A stretch of 32,000 nt of DNA, taken from contig NZ_SLWQ01000005.1 in assembly GCF_004342425.1 (NCBI RefSeq), forward strand, positions 253,476-285,475, given 5' to 3'. Each line of letters opens with the position of its first letter. The stretch's first letter is position 1. Below the pieces are notes generated by a model. The model was not told the origin of the DNA and searched no databases. It saw only the letters and a list, made by a program, of their open reading frames with translations. Made by a program: the position numbers and the translations under genes. This DNA comes from Dokdonella fugitiva (GTDB lineage: Bacteria > Pseudomonadota > Gammaproteobacteria > Xanthomonadales > Rhodanobacteraceae). Positions 1-8,695 of this stretch are shown here, in pieces.

Positions 1-915
1 GCGGTCGCGGACCTGCGCGAGCGCAGGCGCGCGACGGCGGCTTTCTGGGCGATCCTCGCGCTGCCCCTGCTCGCCGGCGATGCGATCCTCGCCGCCGCGC
101 GAAACGGCACGCATTGGCCGGCGCAGGCGATGGGCGTCGGCGTGATCGCGCTCGGCGTGATGGCCGCGCTCGGCGACCGCCGCACGCCCGGCGACGAAGC
201 CGCGCTGGCGGAGGCGCGACGCGCGGAGGCGGATCGGCTCGGCAACCGTCTGTTCGGGCCCGCCCTGCTCATTCCGCTCGTAACCCTCGTCGTCGCGCTC
301 GCCGCGCAGTACGGCCCCGCGCCGCTGCGCGCGCTCGTCGACGCGAAGCAGTCGACCCTGATCGCGCTCGGCATCGCGAGCGTCGTCGCATTCGCGGTCG
401 CGCTGCGCGTCACCGGCGCGCGCGTCGTCGGCGGGCTGCACGAGGGCCACGCACTGCTCGATGCGCTCGGCTGGGCCGCACTGCTGCCGATGCTGCTCGC
501 CACGCTCGGCAGCGTGTTCGCCGCGACAGGTGTCGGCGATGCGATTGCCGCGCTCGTCGCGATGGTGATCCCGACCGACAGCCGCATCGCCTGCCTGCTC
601 GCGTTCGCCGCCGGCATGGTGCTATTCACCGCGATCATGGGCAACGCGTTCGCGGCCTTCCCCGTGCTCATGGCCGGCATCGGCCTGCCCCTGCTCGTGC
701 AACGCCACGGCGCGCATCCGGCCGTGCTCGGCTCGATCGGCATGCTGACCGGCTACTGCGGCACCCTGCTGACGCCGATGGCGGCGAACTTCAACATCGT
801 GCCCGTCGTCCTGCTCGAGCTGCCGGACCAGTACGCAGTGATCCGCGCGCAGCTGCCGACGGCTATCGGGTTGTTGCTGGTCAATGTGGGGTTGTTGTGG
901 GGGTTGGCCTTCTGA
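1..915 (+). CDS. polytopic membrane protein, DUF979-like; 5' end lies outside the window
   Basis: Frame 1 is open from base 1 into the listed 130..915 ORF with no stop. The sequence is hydrophobic and multi-TM. The C-terminal motif GYCGTLLTPMAANFNIVPVVLLEL matches my recollection of the DUF979 family. Confidence 0.6.
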   Translation, partial: AVADLRERRRATAAFWAILALPLLAGDAILAAARNGTHWPAQAMGVGVIALGVMAALGDRRTPGDEAALAEARRAEADRLGNRLFGPALLIPLVTLVVALAAQYGPAPLRALVDAKQSTLIALGIASVVAFAVALRVTGARVVGGLHEGHALLDALGWAALLPMLLATLGSVFAATGVGDAIAALVAMVIPTDSRIACLLAFAAGMVLFTAIMGNAFAAFPVLMAGIGLPLLVQRHGAHPAVLGSIGMLTGYCGTLLTPMAANFNIVPVVLLELPDQYAVIRAQLPTAIGLLLVNVGLLWGLAF

Positions 916-999
916 GGGCCCAGGGCCGAGTGCGCGCTGCGGGAGCGGCGGAAGCCGCGATGCTCTCGAACGAGCACGGCAGCCGCCGCCGATGCGGGC

Positions 1000-2436
1000 T
1001 CAGACGAAGCCGAGGTAGCGCGTGTTGAAATTGCCGAGGTTCGGCAGGATCAGGTCGATGTCGCCGTCAGTGAGGCCGAACCATTTCGCGAGCGTCGCCG
1101 AATACTGCTCGACCGACGTGGTCGGGATCATCTGGCCGTAGCCGCCGTCGTTCGGGTTCTGCGCCGACGGCGCGAGGCTCGGCATCTGCGCCGAGCCCGT
1201 GCCCGCGAGGTTGTCGCCGTAGAACTTCCTGCCATCGACGGCGCCGCCGACGACGAACTGGTGCGAGGCCCAGCCATGGTCGCTGCCGTCCTCGTTGTTC
1301 GACAATGAGCGACCGAAGTCGGACGCGGTGAACGCGGTCGCGCGGTCGGCGAGGTTCACCGAAGCGAGCGCGGCATGGAAGCCCGCGAGCGACTTCGACA
1401 GCCCGACGAGCAGGTCGGCCTGCGTCGCGAGCTGGTTGCCGTGCGTGTCGTAGCCGCCATCGGTGACGAAGAATACCTGGCGCTTGAGCCCGGCGTAACC
1501 GGGTACGCCGTTGTTGGCAGCCCAGATCAGCTTGGCCACGGTTTCGAGCTGGTCGCCGATCTCGCCGGCGCCGGTGAAGTAGCTGCCGAAGTCGGGCATG
1601 CCGGACGCGGACAGGGTCGCGCGCAGCAACGACGCGGTCGCGACCGAATGGCGCATCGCGTTGCCGAACGTGCGCTCGAGCACGTTCGCCTGTCCTTGTG
1701 CATGCAGCGCGTCGAACGCGGTGCGCAGCGCGCCGTTGCCACTGAGCTCGTACGGAAAGTCGATGACGTTCGGTCCGTACGAATTCATCACGTATCCGGC
1801 GACGGACTCGCCGCGCACGAATGCATCCTGGCCACCGAGCGAGGTGAGGATCGGGATGTCGGGCGGATTCGCGCTCGCGACGAGGTCCGCGATGCGTCCG
1901 CCCCAGCCCGTCACGGGCGAGTTGGTCGGCGGCGACGATTGCCAGTACGCGGCCTGGTCCGCGTGCGAGAAGAGCTGCGGCGGCAGCACGGCGGAACCGC
2001 CCTGGTATTCCGCCTTCGTGGTCGGGCGCACGAGCGCCCCGACGTTGGCCACGATCGCCGCATGGTTCGCGTTGAACAACGCGGCGAGCTCGGGCATCGA
2101 CGCGTGCAGGCCGTAGCTGGAGCCGTCGCCGGGGCTGCCGGCGCCGCTCGCGGGCGCGTTGAGCGCGTGCAGGCCGGCGCTCGGCAATGCGAGGTTCGGG
2201 CGCACGAGCTGGTAGTTCGTGCGCGCGCTGCCGGAAATCGGCACGACCGTGTTGAAGCTGTCGTTGCCGCCGTACAGGAAGACGCAGACGAGCGCCTTGT
2301 AGTCGGTGAACGTGTAATCGGTGCGATGAACCGCCGCCTGCAGCAGCTTCATGCCGCCGAGCGCGGAGTACATGCTGACCCCGCCGAGCGCGGCGCAGAT
2401 CGTGTCCCGGATGAACTTGCGACGATCGGTACGCAT
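1000..2436 (-). CDS. DUF1501 family protein with twin-arginine (Tat) signal
   Basis: 478-aa ORF with an N-terminal RRKFIRD Tat-like motif. GGYDTHGN and DGSDHGW motifs are typical of DUF1501. It lies 9 nt downstream of its usual DUF1800 partner. Confidence 0.85.
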   Translation of the reverse strand: MRTDRRKFIRDTICAALGGVSMYSALGGMKLLQAAVHRTDYTFTDYKALVCVFLYGGNDSFNTVVPISGSARTNYQLVRPNLALPSAGLHALNAPASGAGSPGDGSSYGLHASMPELAALFNANHAAIVANVGALVRPTTKAEYQGGSAVLPPQLFSHADQAAYWQSSPPTNSPVTGWGGRIADLVASANPPDIPILTSLGGQDAFVRGESVAGYVMNSYGPNVIDFPYELSGNGALRTAFDALHAQGQANVLERTFGNAMRHSVATASLLRATLSASGMPDFGSYFTGAGEIGDQLETVAKLIWAANNGVPGYAGLKRQVFFVTDGGYDTHGNQLATQADLLVGLSKSLAGFHAALASVNLADRATAFTASDFGRSLSNNEDGSDHGWASHQFVVGGAVDGRKFYGDNLAGTGSAQMPSLAPSAQNPNDGGYGQMIPTTSVEQYSATLAKWFGLTDGDIDLILPNLGNFNTRYLGFV

Positions 2437-2445
2437 GGGCGGCTC

Positions 2446-4374
2446 CTACTTCTGGACCATGTATTCGGGCGAATTGAAGATGAGGTACAGCGCGGTGTGG
2501 ATGCGCCACAGCCGCCAGTCGCTCACGCCTTCGGTCCAGCTCGAATTGATGCGGTTGAGGTACGTCAGCAGGGTCTGGCGCATGAACGGCGACATCTGCC
2601 CGGACATGAAGCGCTTGTTGTACGCATCCACGAGGCGATCGGCCGGATCGGCCGCGCCGCCGCTGCCGCTTCCGGCGAGCGCGAGGTCCTTGGCATGGTT
2701 GACCTTGACCTCGCCAAAGTCGTCGCCGGCGTCGCATACCCGGGCGACGTCGAAGTAGAACGCCCTGCCCTCGACGCTGTTGGCGGTGTTGGCGATCACG
2801 CTCTCGGTCTGCAGCTGGAACTCCGGGCCGACGAGGTTGCCCTGCGTCATCTCGCCCGGCGGCAGGTAGCTCGGCTTGAAGAAGTTGAAGACGGAGAACG
2901 CGTTCATCGGCGCCTGCGCGACGCCCGAGCCGTACTGGTCGTCGTCGGTGCCCCATGCGGTGGAGTAGCCGGCGTAGCGGTACGGCTGGTTCGCGTAGTG
3001 GTACTGCACCGTGCCCTGGGTGAAGTTGCGGCCGCAGGTGTGGCGCGCGTCCATCGCCCGCCAGAAATGTGTCAGCGCGATCAGCGGTTCGCGCAGCTTG
3101 CCGTACTTGTCGCTGTACAAGTGGCCGTAGCGCGCTTCCGGATCGAGCAGGATCGCCTGCGCGACCGCGCGCAACTGGTTCGGGCTCGTGCGGTTCGCGT
3201 TGAACACGTCGGCGACGCGCTTGACGTAGGCCGGGCTCGGATTGCTCGTGACGAGTCGCTGGATCAGCTGCCTGGCGATGAACGGCCCGACGTTCGGATG
3301 GCCGTAGATGTTGTCGAGCGCGAACTGCAGGTCGCTCGCCGCCGAGCCGCCGTCGGCGAGCACGCCGCCGGCCTGCGCGCCCGGATAGACGAGCAGCTGC
3401 TTCGCATGCATGTCGTTCGGGCCGGTGCCGTTGTCGTGGTAGCTCGGGTCGCCGTTGCGCGGATGGTTCGGCTGGTCGTACGGCGCCATCGGGTGCAACC
3501 AGTTCTCGCCGGTGGTGTAGTCGGGCCCGCAGTCGGTGAAGTTGTCGAACCCGTTGTCGTCGCAGTCGTACCAGTTCCAGCCGGTGAACACGTGCGCGAA
3601 CGCGGAGATGGTCGCCTGTGAGTAGGTCGGGATCGGATGGCCGCCCGCGTCGAGTTGCGGCGTGCCGTCCGGCTTGAGCATGACGAGGCCGATGCTGAAC
3701 AGCTGGTTGATCTCGCGCGCGTAGTTCTCGTCCGGATGGATGTTGCGCGTGGGATCGGCGCGCTGGTTGCCGCGCATGTTGAGGTAGGTGCCCATCGCGG
3801 GGCTCAGCGTCACCTGCTCGAGCAGGGCGCGATAGTTGCCGAATGCGTTAGCGACGAGGATGTCGTAGTAGTACGCGATGCTCTCCGGGAACTCGGCCAG
3901 CTGCGCGTTCTGGTCGGACACGACGAGGATCTCGCTCAGCGCGAAGGCCATGCGCTGGCGCAACTGGTCGGTATGGATGAGCGCGTTGTTGGCCGGGTCG
4001 GGGCCGCCGAGCGCCGCGAGGAACCACGCCTCGCGCCGGTTCTGGTGGCCGACCTGCTCGTGCAGCGTGTTGCCGACCCAGTCGAGATAATCCATCTCGA
4101 AGGTCGGCGGCGCGGCGAACTGTTCGTTCAGCCAGGCCTGGTAGCCGATCGCGCGCAGATGCGCGATGTCGGCGTCGGTCGGCCCGAACGTCGCCTGCGC
4201 GAGGAAGCGCGAGGCGTCCGCGTCATTCGTCGGCCCGGCGGCCGCGCCTTCGAAACCGTCGCGGAGCATGGCATCGGGCGAGTGCGATTGCGCGAACGCG
4301 GACGCTCCCGACGCCGTGCACACGAGCATCACCGCGAGGCGCAACAGCCTGCGGACATTCCTTGCTGGCAGCAT
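2446..4374 (-). CDS. DUF1800 family secreted protein
   Basis: 642-aa ORF with a signal peptide (LAVMLVCTASGASAFA) and a DENYAREINQLFSIG motif. It forms the canonical DUF1800-DUF1501 gene pair. Confidence 0.8.
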   Translation of the reverse strand: MLPARNVRRLLRLAVMLVCTASGASAFAQSHSPDAMLRDGFEGAAAGPTNDADASRFLAQATFGPTDADIAHLRAIGYQAWLNEQFAAPPTFEMDYLDWVGNTLHEQVGHQNRREAWFLAALGGPDPANNALIHTDQLRQRMAFALSEILVVSDQNAQLAEFPESIAYYYDILVANAFGNYRALLEQVTLSPAMGTYLNMRGNQRADPTRNIHPDENYAREINQLFSIGLVMLKPDGTPQLDAGGHPIPTYSQATISAFAHVFTGWNWYDCDDNGFDNFTDCGPDYTTGENWLHPMAPYDQPNHPRNGDPSYHDNGTGPNDMHAKQLLVYPGAQAGGVLADGGSAASDLQFALDNIYGHPNVGPFIARQLIQRLVTSNPSPAYVKRVADVFNANRTSPNQLRAVAQAILLDPEARYGHLYSDKYGKLREPLIALTHFWRAMDARHTCGRNFTQGTVQYHYANQPYRYAGYSTAWGTDDDQYGSGVAQAPMNAFSVFNFFKPSYLPPGEMTQGNLVGPEFQLQTESVIANTANSVEGRAFYFDVARVCDAGDDFGEVKVNHAKDLALAGSGSGGAADPADRLVDAYNKRFMSGQMSPFMRQTLLTYLNRINSSWTEGVSDWRLWRIHTALYLIFNSPEYMVQK

Positions 4375-4683
4375 ATGGACTCCCTCTCTCCCCAGGTCCC
4401 GCGAGAGCGTCGCGGCGGCGGCGGGACTCTACCGGGCCGCACTGGCGCCGGAGGGTGCGCCATGCCACATTCCGACTGCCGACCCGCTCACAGGTCGTTT
4501 CCGGCGGATAATCGGTCAAGCGGCGTCATTTTCGAGCCCGCCCGCAGCCGACAATGGCCGCACGAGCGGCGCAGCCCGCTTGCACGCCGCGTTTTTCTCC
4601 CTGGCATGCCGCATGTGTTTTCATGGATTGCGCGCTTGCGGATATGCTAGACCTCGCAACATCCCCCACCCTGAGATTCCAAG

Positions 4684-5151
4684 ATGCCCAATATCGCCAC
4701 GTTCCTCAAAGCCGAAATCACACGCCTCGCACGCAAGGAAATCCGCGGTGAAATCGGTACGCTGCGCAAGACGAGCGCCGCGCACCGCCGCGACATTGCC
4801 GCGCTCAAGCGCGAAATCGCGAACCTGCAGCGGCAGAACAAGCAGCTCTCCAAGCGCGCCGCCGGCGCCTCCCAGGCCGCGACCGCCGAGTCCGGCGAAG
4901 GCGAAGTGAGGAACCGTTTCTCGGCCAAGGGCTTCAAGTCGATGCGCGCGCGCCTCGGCCTCTCGGCCGACCAACTCGCCACCCTGCTCGGCGCGAGCAT
5001 GCAGTCGGTCTACAACTGGGAACACGGCAAGACCGTCCCGCGCGCCAACCAGGTCGCCGCCATCGCCGCGCTGCGCACGATCGGCAAGAAGGAAGCGATG
5101 CGACGCCTCGAAGAGGCACAGGCGGCGGAGAAGCCGTCGCGCAAGCGCTGA
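4684..5151 (+). CDS. XRE-like helix-turn-helix DNA-binding protein with N-terminal coiled-coil region
   Basis: 155-aa ORF. The C-terminal segment LGLSADQLATLLGASMQSVYNWEHGKTVP is a classic HTH_XRE pattern. It sits outside the island repeat, so it is probably core genome. Confidence 0.6.
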   Translation: MPNIATFLKAEITRLARKEIRGEIGTLRKTSAAHRRDIAALKREIANLQRQNKQLSKRAAGASQAATAESGEGEVRNRFSAKGFKSMRARLGLSADQLATLLGASMQSVYNWEHGKTVPRANQVAAIAALRTIGKKEAMRRLEEAQAAEKPSRKR

Positions 5152-5324
5152 AGCAGTCACGCGCGTTCAAGCAGACGAGCAGCACGGCGCACGTCACCCT
5201 CGCGAAAGCGAAATTCCATCTGCATCGGCTTAGGACGTCAGATCCCCGCCGCCTGGGATGACGAAACGCGTTCACATGATCGGCCGTGGTCGACATGGAA
5301 ACGCAGCGCGCGTGCGTGCGCGAT

Positions 5325-5338
5325 GTGCCCGGACCCGG
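5325..5338. repeat. distal att direct repeat (copy of tRNA-Leu 3' end)
   Basis: GTGCCCGGACCCGG is identical to 14398-14411. It corresponds to the T-stem 3' strand, acceptor 3' strand, discriminator and first C of CCA. Confidence 0.7.
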
Positions 5339-5341
5339 CGT

Positions 5342-5437
5342 CGCATTGCGCACGCATGTTATTGATTTACAGAGCATCGGCATGCGACAACCCGAGCAGA
5401 TACCCCCGAAAGAACCCCCGCGCTTGGCGCGGGGCGA
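5342..5437. repeat. element-end module, copy L (CGCATT / TGATTTAC / GATACCCC / GAACCCC blocks plus GC hairpin)
   Basis: The four blocks sit at offsets 0, +21, +57 and +70, exactly as in copy M at 7825. They are followed by the hairpin CCCCGCGC-TTG-GCGCGGGG (5416-5434) and GCGGGGCGA. Confidence 0.6.
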
Positions 5438-5555
5438 GCCGCTCCGATGCGGCTCCAAAAGCTACCGTAGTTGGTAGATGCGTCTACCGGCGCTAGTAGC
5501 TCCGCTGTGCTCGAATTTCTCGGCGCCACTTCGGCGCGACGAGAGGATCGACACC

Positions 5556-5921
5556 ATGGACACGAGCACCGCCCTGCGCACCGCGATCGAGCTGCTGACC
5601 CAGGTCGCCGACCGAGCATGCGCGAACGGCGCGATTGCAGCCCTGCCGCCCGACTTCGACGACCGCTACGACGAGTTGACGGACGCGCTGAGCGGAATCG
5701 CTGGACAGCCGCGCGCCGCATGCTCTCAGCCACCGGCGGCCACCAAGTCGACCGCGGCACTCATGACCGCACGCGAAGTCATGGCAGATACGGCCATGAG
5801 CCGCAGCACGCTCTACCGCTTGATCCGCGAGGGGCGCTTTCCTGCGCCGGCGAAGGTCGGCACGATGTCGCGCTGGCACGCAACCGCGGTCGCGGATTGG
5901 AAGGCGCGGCTCTTCGCATGA
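5556..5921 (+). CDS. AlpA-family HTH regulator/excisionase-like protein with ~70-aa N-terminal extension
   Basis: The C-terminal MSRSTLYRLIREGRFPAPAKVGTMSRWHATAVADWK is the AlpA (CP4-57 regulatory) signature. GAGAGGA lies 8 nt upstream of ATG 5556. The stop overlaps the integrase ATG (ATGA at 5918-5921). An alternative start at 5763 would give a 52-aa AlpA-only protein. Confidence 0.7.
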   Translation: MDTSTALRTAIELLTQVADRACANGAIAALPPDFDDRYDELTDALSGIAGQPRAACSQPPAATKSTAALMTAREVMADTAMSRSTLYRLIREGRFPAPAKVGTMSRWHATAVADWKARLFA

Positions 5922-7132
5922 GCTGCCGCCAACTTCACCGACTCACCGCGCGCGCGGTCGCGACCGCGACGACGCCAGGATACATCGCCGACGGCGGCGG
6001 CCTGTATTTGCAGATTACCGCAAGCGGCGCGCGGAGTTGGGTCTTGCGGTTCATGTTGCGCGGTCGCGCGCGCGAAATGGGGCTCGGCTCGGCCACGATG
6101 GTTGGGCTCGCAGAGGCGCGCCAACGCGCGGCGGAGTGCCGACGCCAGCTCGCCGACGGCATCGATCCCATCGACGCCAGAGCGCGCGCACGCGCGCAGA
6201 ACGCTCACACCTTCGAGGCGGTCGCGACGGAGTACATCGATGCGAACGCAGGCGGATGGCGCAGCGCCAAACATGCCGATCAATGGCGGCAGTCGCTCGG
6301 GACGTACGCGTTCCCGGTCATCGGCCGCATGCCGGTTGCGGCGATCGACCTCGCGCACGTGCTCCGCGTGCTGGAGCCTGTCTGGACAACCAAGACAGAG
6401 ACGGCCACGCGCGTGCGCCAGCGCATCGAAGCCGTGCTCGACTACGCTGCGGTGAAGCGGTACCGGGCGGCGGGCAGCGAGAACCCGGCGCGCTGGCGCG
6501 GGCACCTGCAGCGGATCCTCCCCAAGCCGTCCCGCGTGTCGCGCGTGCGGCACATGAGCGCGCTGCACTACAGCGAACTGCCGGCGTTCATGGCCACGCT
6601 ACGCGCGCTGCCGCAGGGCCCGGCCGCGCTGGCGCTGCAGTTCACCATCCTGACCTGCGCGCGAACGGGCGAGGCGCGAGCGGCGACCATGGGCGAGATC
6701 GACGTCGACGCGGCGCTATGGACCGTGCCAGGGTCGCGCATGAAGGCGGGCAGGGAACACGTCGTCCCGCTCTCGGCCGCCGCGCTCGGCGTCGTGCGCG
6801 CGACCGGCGTCACGGAAGGGGCGCTGTTCACCTATCGGCGGGCGCCGATCAGCAACAACGCAATGCTCGCGCTCCTGCGCCGCATGGGTCGCGGCGACAT
6901 CACCGTGCACGGCTTCCGCTCGACCTTCAAGGACTGGGCGACCGAGCAGACCGACTTCCCGACCGACGCGATCGAGATCGCGTTGGCGCACACCGTCGGC
7001 GACAAGACCGAGCAGGCGTATCGGCGCGGCAACCTGCTGGCGAAGCGCCGCGCGCTCGCCGACGCCTGGGCGGCGTACTGTGGGAGCGTCACGCAGCCCG
7101 GGCGATCCCCACCGCGGGATATGCGGTGGTAG
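5918..7132 (+). CDS. int: tyrosine integrase (arm-binding DUF4102-type N-domain plus phage integrase catalytic domain)
   Basis: N-terminus LTARAV..PGYIADGGGLYLQI..SWVLRF..MGLGS, and catalytic motifs ARTGEAR, HGFRSTFKDW and EQAYRRG. Start chosen at ATG 5918. The 5471-5917 extension of the listed ORF overlaps alpA and is rejected. Confidence 0.9.
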   Translation: MSCRQLHRLTARAVATATTPGYIADGGGLYLQITASGARSWVLRFMLRGRAREMGLGSATMVGLAEARQRAAECRRQLADGIDPIDARARARAQNAHTFEAVATEYIDANAGGWRSAKHADQWRQSLGTYAFPVIGRMPVAAIDLAHVLRVLEPVWTTKTETATRVRQRIEAVLDYAAVKRYRAAGSENPARWRGHLQRILPKPSRVSRVRHMSALHYSELPAFMATLRALPQGPAALALQFTILTCARTGEARAATMGEIDVDAALWTVPGSRMKAGREHVVPLSAAALGVVRATGVTEGALFTYRRAPISNNAMLALLRRMGRGDITVHGFRSTFKDWATEQTDFPTDAIEIALAHTVGDKTEQAYRRGNLLAKRRALADAWAAYCGSVTQPGRSPPRDMRW

Positions 7133-7292
7133 CCTTTGGCCGCTCGCACCCGTCCACTACTGGAGAAGTGCCTTGACGACCAAGCCCGCACCGCCGCCGC
7201 CGCGGCAACCGCCTACCCCGCATCCTCGCAATCTGCCGCCATTTCGAACCGTCCCGCCGCCGCCACCGCCGTCGAAGCAGGGCTAGGCTCAA

Positions 7293-7775
7293 ATGCGACC
7301 CGACGAGATGCAGGCGCGAACCTCGACTGAGGCCCGAAACGACCTCATCTACCAGATCCGTTTGCACGAGCTTCACGCTACGCTCTTCCGACGGTTGAAA
7401 TGGTTGGCGTCGCTCGTCTCATTGCTTGCTGGTGCGTCGGCCGTGACGAGTTGGGTTCAATCGCAGCCCGGCGGCGTGTTTGTAGCGGGCTTGGTAGTCA
7501 CGATCACCGGCGTTCTCGACATCCTTGGGCGCTGGGAGGAGCGAGGCGCAGCACATCGCGCGTGGCGCCGCCAATTCGCCGAAATTCTTGCGGAAGCGCC
7601 TGTGCTATCGGACGAGGATCTGCATGCGGCCTACGTGCGGGCCGAGGCGAGCGTCGACGACACGCTACGAAGCTTGGAGCGCGTTGCGTACAACGACGCC
7701 ATGCGCTCGCTCGGCCTGTATACGCGGCGGGTGTGGGAATGGCCATCGAACTGGTTAATGCGCTTGTTCGTGTAG
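7293..7775 (+). CDS. small two-TM protein with SLATT-like architecture (tentative)
   Basis: 160 aa, built as an N-terminal helix, two adjacent TM helices (WLASLVSLLAGASAVTSWV and GVFVAGLVVTITGVLDILG) and a helical C-terminus. This layout resembles SLATT/DUF4231 2TM effectors. The assignment is by eye only. Confidence 0.5.
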   Translation: MRPDEMQARTSTEARNDLIYQIRLHELHATLFRRLKWLASLVSLLAGASAVTSWVQSQPGGVFVAGLVVTITGVLDILGRWEERGAAHRAWRRQFAEILAEAPVLSDEDLHAAYVRAEASVDDTLRSLERVAYNDAMRSLGLYTRRVWEWPSNWLMRLFV

Positions 7776-7824
7776 GGAGCGGGAGCATTGATCCAAAGCG
7801 ATATTCGATGCCGCATGCAGCACC

Positions 7825-7930
7825 CGCATTCACGCGCCAACGTGCTGATTTACCTGCCAGCTTGCTGACGCAAGATTGAGCGATACCCCGACCTGAACCC
7901 CAAAAAAGCGCCCCGCGTGAGGCGGGGCGA
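7825..7930. repeat. element-end module, copy M
   Basis: CGCATT 7825, TGATTTAC 7846, GATACCCC 7882 and GAACCCC 7895 have the same spacing as copy L. They are followed by a GC hairpin ending in GCGGGGCGA. Confidence 0.6.
7901..7929 (-). terminator. rho-independent terminator of the minus-strand island operon
   Basis: On the minus strand, stem CGCCCCGC / GCGGGGCG with a 5-nt loop is followed by TTTTTT (A-run 7902-7907 on plus). It lies 26 nt downstream of the 7955 stop. Confidence 0.75.
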
Positions 7931-7954
7931 ATGGCTGGCGCACGCGGGAACGGA

Positions 7955-8695
7955 TCACGCCGCGCGGATCTCGAGACTCTTCTTCGGCGCGAGCGCATCG
8001 ATCGCCTCGACGTACTGCGGGACGACCGTACGAAGCCACGCGAGACGCTCCTGCGCTTCGCTGCGCAGCGTCGCCTCGCGCGGGTTGGCCCGTGCCATCG
8101 CGTTCGCCCAGGCGGTCGGCAGCGTCGCCGCGAGCACGCCGGGCAACGGCATGGGCGAACGCATGAGCGCGACGAGCGCGCGCGGATGCTTCCCGTCCAT
8201 AAGTTCGTGCGCGAGCCTTGCCTGCGCATCGGGCGACATCGCGCGCCAGAGGTCGCGCACCTCGCGATCCTCCGCCGCACCGACGGCATCGTTCATCGCC
8301 AGCGGCGGCGGCGAGCATGATTTCGCGTCGGCCTCCGCGAACTCGTCGATGCGCTTCATCGCCTCTACGCGCGCGCCCTCGATCTCGTTGCGAGCCGCCG
8401 CGGCGATGGCTCGACGCTGCTCGGCCTTCCATGCGTCGGTGCGCGTGGCGTCGGCCTCCACGTCGGCAATGCGCTTCGCGGCGCTCGCGGCGATGCGCAG
8501 CACCTTCGCTGCGTGGTTGAACTCGGCGTGGTCCGTATTGGCATGAAGCGGCGCGCGCAGCGCAACAACGCCGCCAGTCGCAAGGCGGAGAGCGGATATC
8601 CCGTCGGGCTCGCCCCGCTCGACCTGGCCCCAGATCGGGGTAACGCCGAGTTCGGAAAAGCTCTCCGCAAAGCGGAGTGATTCTGCGTGGTTCAT
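7955..8695 (-). CDS. hypothetical protein, 246 aa, Ala/Arg-rich and largely helical
   Basis: Last ORF of the island operon. Its ATG overlaps the upstream stop (ATGA at 8692-8695) and it is followed by a terminator. No motif recognised. Confidence 0.55.
   Translation of the reverse strand: MNHAESLRFAESFSELGVTPIWGQVERGEPDGISALRLATGGVVALRAPLHANTDHAEFNHAAKVLRIAASAAKRIADVEADATRTDAWKAEQRRAIAAAARNEIEGARVEAMKRIDEFAEADAKSCSPPPLAMNDAVGAAEDREVRDLWRAMSPDAQARLAHELMDGKHPRALVALMRSPMPLPGVLAATLPTAWANAMARANPREATLRSEAQERLAWLRTVVPQYVEAIDALAPKKSLEIRAA

Noticed and set aside
114-3621. Long ORFs 114..1028, 1067..2956 and 1375..3621 (304-748 aa)
   Set aside because: They have Arg/Ala/Gly/Pro-dominated low-complexity translations and lie in alternative frames or antisense to well-supported genes (DUF979-like, DUF1501, DUF1800). 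These are typical high-GC shadow ORFs.
5471-5917. N-terminal 149-aa extension of the 553-aa integrase ORF
   Set aside because: The extension is Arg-rich and overlaps the AlpA-family gene in another frame. Integrase homology (LTARAV..DGGGLYLQI) begins right after ATG 5918, which is coupled to the alpA stop.
7080-7330. Pro-rich 68-aa and Ala-rich 64-aa ORFs between int-1 and the 2TM gene
   Set aside because: They are products of a CCG/GCC-rich intergenic tract. There is no SD, the peptides are low-complexity, and the frames overlap each other.
7808-7821. Possible internal att core at the junction of the two island halves
   Set aside because: The position is predicted from the spacing of copy L to the att repeat. 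The sequence there (ATGCCGCATGCAGC) matches GTGCCCGGACCCGG at only 6 of 14 positions, so I do not call an internal att site.
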